A DNA stretch of 60,387 nt, filler included, from Catajapyx aquilonaris (Eukaryota), in the NCBI GenBank assembly GCA_000934665.2. It is 2 parts of 2 records of this genome, joined end to end, with 100 filler letters (N's around TTAATTAATTAA, not from the genome) between each part and the next. Parts side by side here need not be neighbours in the genome. Positions count along the whole stretch, not along the records: positions 30,285 to 60,387 come from JYFJ02004685.1; 1 more part is not named here. One strand, 5' to 3'. The position numbers were made by a program, and so were the translations under genes. A model generated the notes under the pieces. The model saw nothing but the letters and a program-made list of their open reading frames with translations, was not told where the DNA came from and did no database searches. Below are positions 49,901 through 60,387 of the stretch, piece by piece; position 1 is the stretch's first letter; every line of letters begins with the position of its first letter.

Positions 49901-52731
49901 TTTGTCCACCCCAGTCGATTTATTTCATTCAACACCCGATTCCCACGAGCTTTCCATTGAACAATTTGCGGTTCCTCCATGGTCACCAAACAGACAGTTC
50001 CAACCTGTCTGACTGTCCCAACTCCGCAATGCCAGGTGTCCCACTCGCGTCCGAAACGCGCACACACTGACAAAAAGGCGAGCGTCGACGACGCCGCTTT
50101 TGCCCCCGAGTCTGGCGGCGCTGTGCGGCGGCGCTCTGGGTCCAATTGGGAGGAGGGACTTGAGGAACAGGAGGGGTGGCCCAGAGTGTGGAGTGTGTGT
50201 ATGCATGTGTGTGTGTGAGAGAGGGGGGGGTAGATGTGTAGGGGGAGAGAGAGACCGAGTGAGGTTTGGAGCGCGCTCAACACTTTTTGTCGGGCGGGCC
50301 GCGGTGTTGGGTCGGGATTTCGCGCAGGGGCCAAACTCTTTGGGGGTAAAAGCGTACCGAGGGCCGTCACCAGGGCTAGGGGGGGACCCTCTTCCCCTCT
50401 GGCTCCAGCTGAATGAGGGCCTGGCTATGAGTAGGAAGCCTGCCAGCTTACGCCGACGAGATGGTAAGGGATTTTGGCTCCATGTCTTGGCTTGGCTTCC
50501 TGGAAAACACTACCCCTCCTGGTTCCAAAAACCCAACCGACCAACCCACCCACCACTCTTTTGTTGAGGGTCTTTTTGGCCAGAGCAGTCCGACCAGCAA
50601 GGGACATAGGAGGTGAGCTTGCATGACGCAGCATGACTGACTTCTTTCCGTCTACCAGATGGGTAAGCCCCACTGTTGTAACCCGGGAGCCAAATTCCAT
50701 TAGAGGAACCCACGTGGTTGGCTAAAAGCGGGCAATTAGTGTGTGAGAGGTCCACGTGCCCCCATATTTTCCACCCCGTGGGCTGCCCCAGCCGCCATAG
50801 GGGGCCCTCTCACGTGGCTTTTTCCCCGGACCGACTGATGCCCCCCAGCATGGCCTGCTTTCAACGCGTCTCTTTTGGCTTCAGGCATGGCCTGTTTGTA
50901 TGTGGTGTACTGAGTTAGGTGTAATGGAAAAGGCTGTAAAGTCGGTCGGTTTGCTCGTTGTTTTTTAGGGGGACTAACCCGCTCTCGATATTGGCTATTG
51001 ATTGCTGGAGGGCACATCCGTGGCATGTCTTGTACGCTAATGGGATGGGAAGCGGTGTAAGTGTGTGTGGACTTTGTTGTTAAAAGGTTGGAAGTCGCAA
51101 GTCGTTAATTGTTAGTTGCATCGTTGAGAGTGATTGTTGCCGATGGTGGACGCTCTGGCATAAATATTGAAGTAAATTTATTTGCACAGGGCATGGCCAT
51201 GTCTCATCTGCAATAGAAGATGTAACAATATCTCGTCTAAGTCGAGCTGGATTTAATTGAATTCGTCATGCCAGCAGTGACAACAATGCGGTGTCATTCC
51301 AACATTTACAAAAATCAGAGATACCCTTGTGGGGGCAGTGGGATATTGTTGGTGTCTGTTTGCAAGTGTTGTAAGTGCCTTTATGGTGTTACAAATTATT
51401 TATTCCGTACTTCGTTGTGCGTATTCTTCCGGTCGGGATGGTATGTCTTGTCAATTTAAGACATAAACCGGCTAACTTACGACTATACGGACACGATGCC
51501 ATTTGTGTCGTACTTGTCAAGACGCACCTTAAGCTCGATTCGCATGTTGCATGTTTTTATTCTGCAGGATTTTGGGCTAATTTCGTTCTTAAAAATTAGA
51601 CTTGGCCCTTTTGAGTGACGGCACCTTGAAATCTTGTGTCCCAATCATTCAAATTATAGCTAAATAGTGCTCCTCCGCCAGAGATGTTCTAAATAGCTCC
51701 AGCTGAGTTTGAAATGTCAGCTCATGGCCAGTTGTGTCAACACAAATTACGAACAATCTTTCCCGTCATGTCAGGTTACATATTTTTAACACATGGGCTG
51801 CTACAACCGGCCATGAGAGTTGCAACTCTCAGAACATCTTAATGTGAAGAATCACAGAAAACGCAGCATGTTCTAGCATTTCTTAGAATAAATTTTAAGA
51901 TATAAGTTCTGGTGTGTAAAGTGAAGTTCTGCAGTTCCATGCATTGAAGTGGCCCGCCTAAGCGTGAGTAGCAGTTACCTTGCCCGCTATTCCCCACAAA
52001 GTTCCCAACACTTGATGGCATCCTTCCCTCCGAAAGAACTTCATTTGCGAATGGCATCTCTGAAATGTCGCCAGTTGACGTTATCCGTCTGCAAGAAGCC
52101 TGGAGGGGCGGGCCATCCGTAATAGAAATGGGTGGCCCATAAAAGATGGACTGGCGCACCCAAGTGTTTTCTCTAGAGGGGGGGTAGAAAAAGGCAAAAT
52201 AGCCGTATATGCGACACTATGCGTCGTGCTTTTTGGACGTGAGATGTATCGCCCGCCGTCGTCGCGTCGCCCCCTTGATGCCTTTTGGCCCGCATCCCTC
52301 GCGATGGGCCCACAACGAATATACACATCGTACCCCTGCCATTAATAACCGGCCCTTAGACTAATTAAACTTGGGTAGCTCAGAAAACCCTCCCACCGTA
52401 CAGTGGACCGTGTTCCCCTGATTGCGGCCCGATCACTTGGGCCGAACAGGGGAAGGGAGGTGCTCTCGATGCCGTAGATTCCGTCAAGCCTTCATAGGGG
52501 GTGGAAAAGGGAGGTGAAAAGGGGAACAAGAGTCCAGGGGGGTTTTGCGACACGCGACTCATTTGTCATCCTGGGGATGGAAACATCAACTGGGGTCAGG
52601 GATGCACCGAAGGCAAAGTTTCTCCCTAAGCTAGGGAAAGAGCCAGGCCAAGGTGTTATAACTCATTTTTGACTCATTTTTTTTTAGATAAAATGACTTT
52701 CCCATGAATATTCTCATTGGACTTTATCATA

Positions 52732-52898
52732 TTTCTGCTGTCACAATGAGAAACACCCTAACTTCAAAACTAGTAAGGGTGAAAGTCGGATGCACTAATC
52801 CCTCCTGAGTCAATGGGGATTAGTGCTGGGCATGCACGCGACCTTCACCCTTACTGGTTTTGAAGTTAGGGTGTTTTCTAATTGAGACGGCAGAATTT
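52732..52898. repeat. Nested inverted repeat (MITE-like hairpin) in the NFI upstream intron
   Basis: AAACACCCTAACTTCAAAACTAGTAAGGGTGAAAGTCG pairs with 52839-52876 (2 mismatches). Inner stem GCACTAATCCC/GGGATTAGTGC, outer extension TTCTGC.GTC.CAAT. Confidence 0.8.
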
Positions 52899-53019
52899 GC
52901 TCGAAATGACACTAATTTACTATTGTCATGTCTTGCCGCGATTTTCACAAGGAGAAGCTTGCGCCATCTACTGATTGAAGTAATCAAAGTGTAACTGAGT
53001 GAATTTGTCTTTGTTGCAG

Positions 53020-53175
53020 GATGAGTTCCATCCGTTCATCGAGGCCCTTCTGCCTTACGTCAAGGCGTTTTCCTACACGTGGTTCAACCTGCAAGCGGCC
53101 AAGCGCAAGTACTTCAAGAAACATGAAAAACGCATGTCGTTGGAGGAAGAGAGGCGCTGCAAGGATGAATTACAG
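53020..53175 (+). CDS. NfI: Nuclear Factor I (CTF/NF-I) internal coding exon, start of the DNA-binding domain
   Basis: The 156-bp exon encodes [52 protein letters not shown], the conserved NFI N-terminus. Acceptor tttgttgcag|G and donor CAG|gtaagg, phase 0/0. Confidence 0.96.
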
Positions 53176-55771
53176 GTAAGGAGGCTTTCGGCTTTCAATG
53201 GGCAGGGGTTGAATACGAGCCAAAGTGTGTTGGGCTAATTTTGTACCTTGCTCTTTTAATAGGCCAGGAGTATTATAATATACTGGGCGATTAGGTCACT
53301 CTAAAATATATTTTTGTAATAGCGCGCAATTATTTTTGCGCTCAAATTTTCGTTCAAAACGACACGTTGGCGTATAGTCAATTTGATAAAATATTAAACA
53401 CATAAGAGTGTGTGTAATATTTTATCAAATTGACAGTAAATTTTCGATAATAAGAACTTACACAATTGAGAAAAAATATATTGGAAACGAGTGCGTTCTA
53501 TTATTTTCAAGCGTAGAAACAATGAGAGACATGCTGAGGGGGACACAACTAAAAATAATATAGAGAATATAGTACAGTGTTGCAACTGGAACTAAAGGGG
53601 GGTTCCAAAAGGAGAGCGCTGGAATTATTTTTAAGTCAGTTTCGGACGTCGTTGCGCACCTTTCTGTTTAACCAGGGACATTTGAGAACTGAGAATAAGC
53701 ACGTATAGTCATAACGATGAAAAGCAGAAGAATTGCTAACGCGAGTAATCGATGATGTGCAGCTCTTTGAATCTGAAATATTTGCTATAATTATGTACTG
53801 CATTATGTAGATATTGCATTGTCATTTTGTTGCACTTTTTAATCCGCATTAATTAGAGGGCACACTCTAATTGCGAAATTGTAGGCGCATTCTAACGTGA
53901 CGTATATTTGCGTACTTTGTTGTTCTCTTTATATTTAATTCGATTAAAGCATTGTATTAGACATGCGGTATGCGGGTTGTTTCGCTCGCAAAAAAAAGAC
54001 CGCAGTCATGTAGCAACTACTGTAATCGAATTGTGCTTCCGCCCTTGGATTTTTTCAACAATTGAACTGCTGGAATTTTTCTTAATGAATTCTGGAGCTT
54101 GTAGTAGTTTGCGCAAGTATAGGCTGCTGGTATGCACATGTGACTATCCTTTTGACTTCCTGAGATTTTTGTGTTTCACAATATTGTTGGAATCGCATAG
54201 ACCTGAATCTTCTGAGAACATATAGCCCCTACCACATGTGTGACAATATTTTGTTCATATACCGTATTAGGTAGACTATACGACAATTATGTGTACCTTG
54301 CAAATATGTTAATTTTTCAACAATGATTTAACTTAAATCATTCCATAAAATTCGGCGCAGGCCGCATCTACCTCGATGTATGATCCGATTTTAGTGGTCC
54401 TGTTCAAGTACAAGATCAGGTATCTGAAAACACCTTTTTATGCACTATATATAGGCCGCAATATCCTAGAAATATAGAGGGCAATATTACGTTTATTGCC
54501 TGCTTCCACGCATCAACAGATCGCCCCGTATAATGACTGAGCAATAGAAAGTGCAATAATCACTTCGAACCTGTCTGAACAACTTTGCACAATTTCATTC
54601 AGCGAAATATACAAATTTTACCGCAGCTTGTTCATCACTTTAAATTGATTCCAAACGTCTCATTTCGCCGACTACATCGAAATAAATCGACCGAAGAATA
54701 TTTTTTTTTTTTCTTCAGTTTTTTTCTTCGTCGAATTCTGGGCAAGCAGTTTATCGTGGCGGCCTGACCTCCGCCATTTTTTTTTCTTACAGATGAGCCG
54801 ACCAATTCGCCCTTGGTTTCTGGCGGTTTGTATAATTTTTCAAGACTTTTGTGTATAGCGCAGTCGTGCATCACCACCGAGACTTGCAGAAAAGCGCGCT
54901 TCCGATGTGATTTATGAAAGAAGGGTGTTGGTGCTGCTGGTGCACTAAGTCAACCAGCATGATACCCCCCCAAAAAAAACTGTGCCCAATTTTTTTTTTG
55001 CGGTACAACGCGTGGCAAACTTTCCAGTGCAATACGATAACACTATCTGCAAATCCGTACCGGTCATTTCCCATCCTCCTTCCCGGAAATTACTTGCTTT
55101 CTAAGCGGGTCCAGATGAAGATACGCACACTTACATCTCGAGGTACGGTATTGCTAAGGGAGTTCTTGGCACAGGAATCTCCCGGAAAACCCCTGCGTGT
55201 GTCCGGGAGTTTTCGGATGGGGAGGTTGGGGGGGAGGGAGGAGGAGAAAATAGAAATCCAATAGCTCGTAGGCTAGACCACGGGCGAGCGACGATGAAAA
55301 CCCCCGGCTCCGGGGAGGCAGATTAAGCCCCGGCAACATCATTCCCCAACCCCCCCGACTTCCAATGAGAATGCATGCCAAAACGAAAACAGTAGCCGGG
55401 GGTAGATTAACACGGTATTACTTTTCCAATAACATAACAGCTTGAGATAAGCTGGTGGGCCTGGGCTTAAGCGGGCGGGGGNATATATGCATAGGGATAT
55501 ATAGACGCCTGTGGGCGCACCCCCCGTCGGATGATTGTGGAGCCAGGAGTTAGTTTGGCACGTTGATGTCACGTGGAAAAAGTCCGAGGAGCCCTATAGG
55601 AAGTCACGTGGAGTTCTGGGAAAAACACAGGACTTAGGCCAGGGTATACGAGACAAATTTGGGAAATTTACCATAATTTTTAAACATGAGTTTGACACCT
55701 CGACCTATCTGTAAAGCTGTATGCAAAGAGGAAAGTTTGTATGTCCACTGTGTATAACCAGGGAACTTGGC

Positions 55772-56080
55772 ACACTGATAGCTATGCCATAAGAAAGTGC
55801 CAAAATGCCGAAATTTTAGTAATATGGCCAGCTATGGACAAATCTCTGCTCGTCCGTGGCAGTACAGCAGTCCTTTGGACTAATATAGAGCAGAAAGTTT
55901 GTATGCATGTTCGGGCTATTTAGCCCACTTTTGACTACTGAAGTTTCAGTAGTCACACTGATAGCTCAGATGCCACTTTATGCTTGACAAGTGTCAAACA
56001 CCAGCATTTTAAGTAATGGGACTAGTTATGGACAAGTTTCAGTTTTAGTGGCAGTACAGCATGTCGCAAATAGAGCTGAA
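55772..56080 (+). repeat. Degenerate direct repeat (two copies ~183 bp apart)
   Basis: cacactgatagct...aagtg.caaa...tatggacaa...gtggcagtacagca...atagagc occurs twice. Confidence 0.6.
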
Positions 56081-59000
56081 CGAGTATGACTTCAGATTTG
56101 ATTACGATCTTAGACAACCTTTCTGAATTATTGGCGGAAAGGCGACCATCGTCCATCCAGCTGCTGGAAGACACCTGATGGTGGGCGCCACCTCCAGGAC
56201 AACAGCAAGTGTCGTGGAGTACCCCCCTAGAAAGAAATGACCTTTTGTCTCCTTTCTTCCCCACGAATAACTGCCAGCATGACTTGGGTCAGGCAATAAA
56301 GCTTCAGAAGCAAAAAGGAGCATCGGAGGGGACCCTTGCTGGCAGTCCTAATGGAAAATCTCTTAGCGAAATGAAGTGGCATGGTGCCCCCCACCCAAAA
56401 ACCATCCTCCTCTTACATCTCCCTCGCTTTTCCAGAAGAGGTGACTTCCAGCAAGCTCTGCTGAATTATAGGATCACAGCGGTGGGTGCGGGAGGGCGCT
56501 AATTTGGATCGGCCTAAGCAAGATGGACGCCCCAAGTGGCCCACCAGCGACCCCTTCTAGCTGGCGCCACATGCGTCAAACCGCACTTTTGCGAAATATT
56601 TTTTTTTTTTTTGAAAAGGGGATTTTTCCAGCAAACTTTTCCGACTGGCTGCTTGATGACCTCTCGGTCCAGGAAAAGCCACGGGACTTGACAAGGGAGA
56701 TGACATTATTTTTTCGGGCGTTTGTTGGCACCCTGACGTGAGCGATTGTTTCGAGCTAGCAGCTTTTACGGCTGAGTCAGGAGGTCGAGCTTTTCAGATC
56801 AATTTCTTAGGGAAGGGGAAAAAGATAGTGGCCACAATAATTGTGATAATTGTTACAATGAGTGGCCACTGGAGGCGCTGACTTAGCCCGGTAGGTGGCG
56901 AACCCCCTTGGAATAATACGGCTATTTTTTCACTGTCCGCTGGGTCCATCCAGCATGTCCCACGGCTTTAATTGCGCTCCTGGAGGATTTCAATTGTCAT
57001 TGGAAATGAGGAAAAGCCGCGCGCATATTTTAAAAAGCTACGCCCTGTATTAATGAAGGGGAAACCCGGCGCTTTCACGATTTTTTTTTCCGCAAACGTC
57101 ACCCACCTACCCGAAGCAATCGGCCGGTTGGGTGGGGGAGGATTGTTGGGTGGCCCTTTGGCCAGTGTCCAGATGGTCGTCGGCAGGCCTGCAGGCCCAA
57201 TCAGGCTTCAGGGATCGTCAGTTGGTCGCCGTCGTCGCAGGGAACAATATTTCAAGAGTGCCCGATTCGGGAAAAAAAAATTTTGGTAAATTTTTACCTC
57301 TCAGGTGTATATGCAAACGAGCCATTTGTTACGGGCAAAAAGCGGGTCCGATGACACGATGGTCATTGCCCATTACCGCCTGTCAATAATGTAAATGATA
57401 AGCAGCTCGCTCCCTGTCCCCACCTCCCAACAATCATAACTCTTGTGGTCCAAGCACTGTATGGTTTTGGAATTATGGTAATAACGTGATTGCTCGCACG
57501 TAATTGCGATGGGGATTTCCTACGGGCCCGGCCGATAAGGCTCGGGTATATCACGGCGATAATAGGGGCCGCATGTGTTTTAATGTCGTTGCCGGTCAAA
57601 TAATTTAATAGTGTCGAGGCCCCGGGGCTTTTTCGGAAGGGACCGCCGAAAACTGGACGACTTTTTCATTTAGAACACCGCCATATGTCAAAAAATATTT
57701 TGGGACAAATATGTCCTCGCAATATGTAATTATTCGCAATTTTAGGTTTATGTGAATATTAATTCATTAATTTAATTGAGTTATTTGTCATTATTTTTCA
57801 CATATTTGTACAAATTTTGTTTCAATTATTTGAATTATTTGTCATTATTTTTATGTACCGGTACTGTATTTAAATTACCGTCTGAAAAGGCCAAACTGTG
57901 GAGTACATATTATTACACAACTAATGTGCATAATATTACCCACTTAAGGGCATGATTCAATTTAAGTCATATTATTACACTCTTTAGTGCATAAAATGAA
58001 TCTGCATTATACGAGTACCTGTTGTGACCTTTAGAGAAGTAATCGCTGCACTTGTGACCTTCCTCAGTGTTTCGTAACGAGGCATGATTCCGTCGTATAT
58101 CTCGTTCTGCATAATGAAATTACTCGAGTTTCCTTGGACTTTTGACAGCGTAGTAGTGTTATCGTGACTAAAAACCCGCTGCGTACTGGTGTTTACGAAT
58201 ATGATTCGCCAGCCTGGGGGACGTAAATATCAAGGCGGACAGTAATTAAGAAGGAAAGATGGCGTCGAGCGCCTAATAACTCTAGGAGGGGTAAAGACTA
58301 AAGAGAATTCGTCTGGGGCGATCCGGCTCGCTCCCTTCCAGCCATAAATCGCGATGGAAAAGGAGGTAAATCATGCGAGTGTCCCGGTGGGCAGAGAGGT
58401 CGAGTGGGGCAAGCATGACGACCATGTTTAAGGGCCACTCCTACTGTCACTTAGGGCCCCGGAGATGGCTGGGAAAGGGGACCAAGGAGGACCATCTTGG
58501 ACCAGAAGGACATTTCTCTCGATGGCCTCTGGCTATACTAAGGGTCCTTACTCCGGAGAAGTGATATTCCAATTAGCCAACTGCTGTGAATGTCACGAGG
58601 AAGTGTTCAGTACGCTAACTAGTTATTACAAAGGTTGTGGAAAAACGTAATGAGCGAATAGAGCAACTTTGGTATAAGAACCCGTGCCCTCCAATGTAAC
58701 CCTGAGTCGCATCGGCACAAGCATGTGAATGTTGGGGACGCAATCGTCCACTTATGGGCAAATATCTCTCTTACTGTAATCAGTACTGCTATGAATCATA
58801 TGCCATTAGATTCGCAATAGTACAGAGATTCAGAATTTAGAATAGTGAACATTTTGTGACAATAAACACAGGGACAAAGTTCAAGGTCAATCGCATTGAC
58901 CTCTGTATTTTCCCATGTCGCATTCTCGATTTTCTTGAAATTTCAAACATATCACCACATGACCTTCTCCGAACATGCCATGAAATGCCCTCGAAAGGGT

Positions 59001-60101
59001 TTCGCGTGGTTTAGGAGAAATAAATTGAAACGTGTCAGAGGGCCCGTGTAGACGCACGCGGTGCGCTGTCATCGTGCCTATATTTCGCGCTCCACTCTTT
59101 ATCATGCTAGTCCACCCTTAAAAGAACACACTTCACCACATAGCCTTATGATATGTCATGAAATATATATTTTAACGTATCAGTCGCCCTAGCAGTTGGT
59201 CGACCGTAGTACTCGGATTTGCATATGTTACGGCGATCTTTTTGGATATTAATTTACGCACTCACGATTCCTCTTCTGTTCATTTGCACACATTTTCTCA
59301 AGGAAATCGAAAATGTGGCACATGGGAAAAGTCAGATATCTGCCCATATTCATTCATAGACTTGTATTGCGGACTCGGGGTTACATTGAAGGACAATGGT
59401 TCATACACTCAAGTTGCTTCCTCTATTCGCACCCTTTGGAATAATCCTGTATATATGGCGGAAACCAGTTTTTGCGTTTCATATTAAGGGCCGTATGAGT
59501 GATGTCATCTCTCATTGGGGGGAAGGGACCGTCCGATGATGGCAAGGGATGTCCCGGGGCGAGGGGCGGATAGTTGTTACTGACGTCATCACTATTATTT
59601 ACGATTTGTGGAGCGAAAGTGATTGCAAATTATACCTGCTTTTCTCTTATAAGCTCGTTGTGTTCAGTTTCGTCTCTTTTTCCGACTTGAACAGGTTTCT
59701 GTTATGTGCAGAAATTTAACAGACGACACGAGATCTATACGCTGTATCCAGCGTATTATAGACAAGGGTCGCTCGCTGCCGGTATTTAAATCATATGCAA
59801 TGTTACTCACAAAAGCACAGTAGCAGGTGAATATTTCCTAACCGCAATTTTTTCCCTGCCATCTACATTGCAAATCGAGTCAGAAATGAAGTCGTTTCTG
59901 TGCACTAAATGAGTTGGTAGCTTCTGTATTGCAAAAAAAAACCTGCTGAATATGTTGGTCATCTAGAGTCGTTCCAAGTCATGCTTATTATTCCATCCAC
60001 ATAATGCATGTCGCTACTGCAGGTACTGCACTGCATACATTTCGTTGAATTATATGTCTTCACATTCTCATAAAATTCATATAAAATTTCTTACGAGGTG
60101 C

Positions 60102-60275
60102 AATTTTGTTACGGTTTTTGTCAATTCAAGTTTTGTCAGTTTTCATTTTACATGGTTTTGTCAATTTAAATATTTGGGTTTTGTCAATTTGGCGTTTCTT
60201 CTGCTGGATTTTGTCAACCCATGTAATTTCCTCCAGGTTTTTGTCATATATCTTGCTGGGTTTTTGTCAATTCAT
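60102..60275 (+). repeat. Degenerate short tandem repeat (TTTTGTCAATT core)
   Basis: About seven copies of ttttgtca at irregular ~15-35-bp spacing. Confidence 0.65.
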
Positions 60276-60387
60276 GCAATCCTGCCACACTTCTTGATGG
60301 GATAGAGAAGGTAGAGTCGTTCATGTCACCCTCCCCCTCTTTCCCTCCCCCCATCCTATCCCCCCCTCTCTATTCCCAACCTCCCCT

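Noticed and set aside
52999..53238. 79-aa ORF as a complete gene
   Set aside because: Only 53020-53175 is NFI-like and bounded by splice sites. The rest is intron read-through.
57158..57172. NFI autoregulatory site TTGGCCAGTGTCCAG
   Set aside because: Imperfect single match to TTGGC-N5-GCCAA, expected by chance in tens of kb.

Overview
Eukaryotic genomic DNA, most likely arthropod (TTAGG motifs, divergent ionotropic receptors, NFI exon sequence). A 100-bp scaffold gap carrying an artificial TTAATTAATTAA linker (30185-30284) splits it in two. Left half (1-30184): a TTAGG-containing palindromic satellite, then a birth-and-death array of intronless divergent ionotropic (chemosensory) receptor genes. 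The array has one intact 627-aa gene (27564-29447), one full-length copy broken only by an 8-bp tandem duplication (5145-7033) and at least six deleted or fragmentary copies on both strands. These are interleaved with a non-autonomous Helitron, a solo LTR, hAT-, Transib- and Tc1/mariner-type MITEs and locally duplicated flanks. Right half (30285-60387): mostly non-coding DNA with MITEs and minisatellites, plus one clear coding exon of Nuclear Factor I (53020-53175). Most short ORFs in the supplied track look spurious. I see no evidence for a wholly new biological system. The most notable signals are the mosaic IR array, a probable hAT excision footprint, recurrent near-perfect 63-69-bp palindromes and a DRE-motif-rich minisatellite. 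All comparisons were made by eye.
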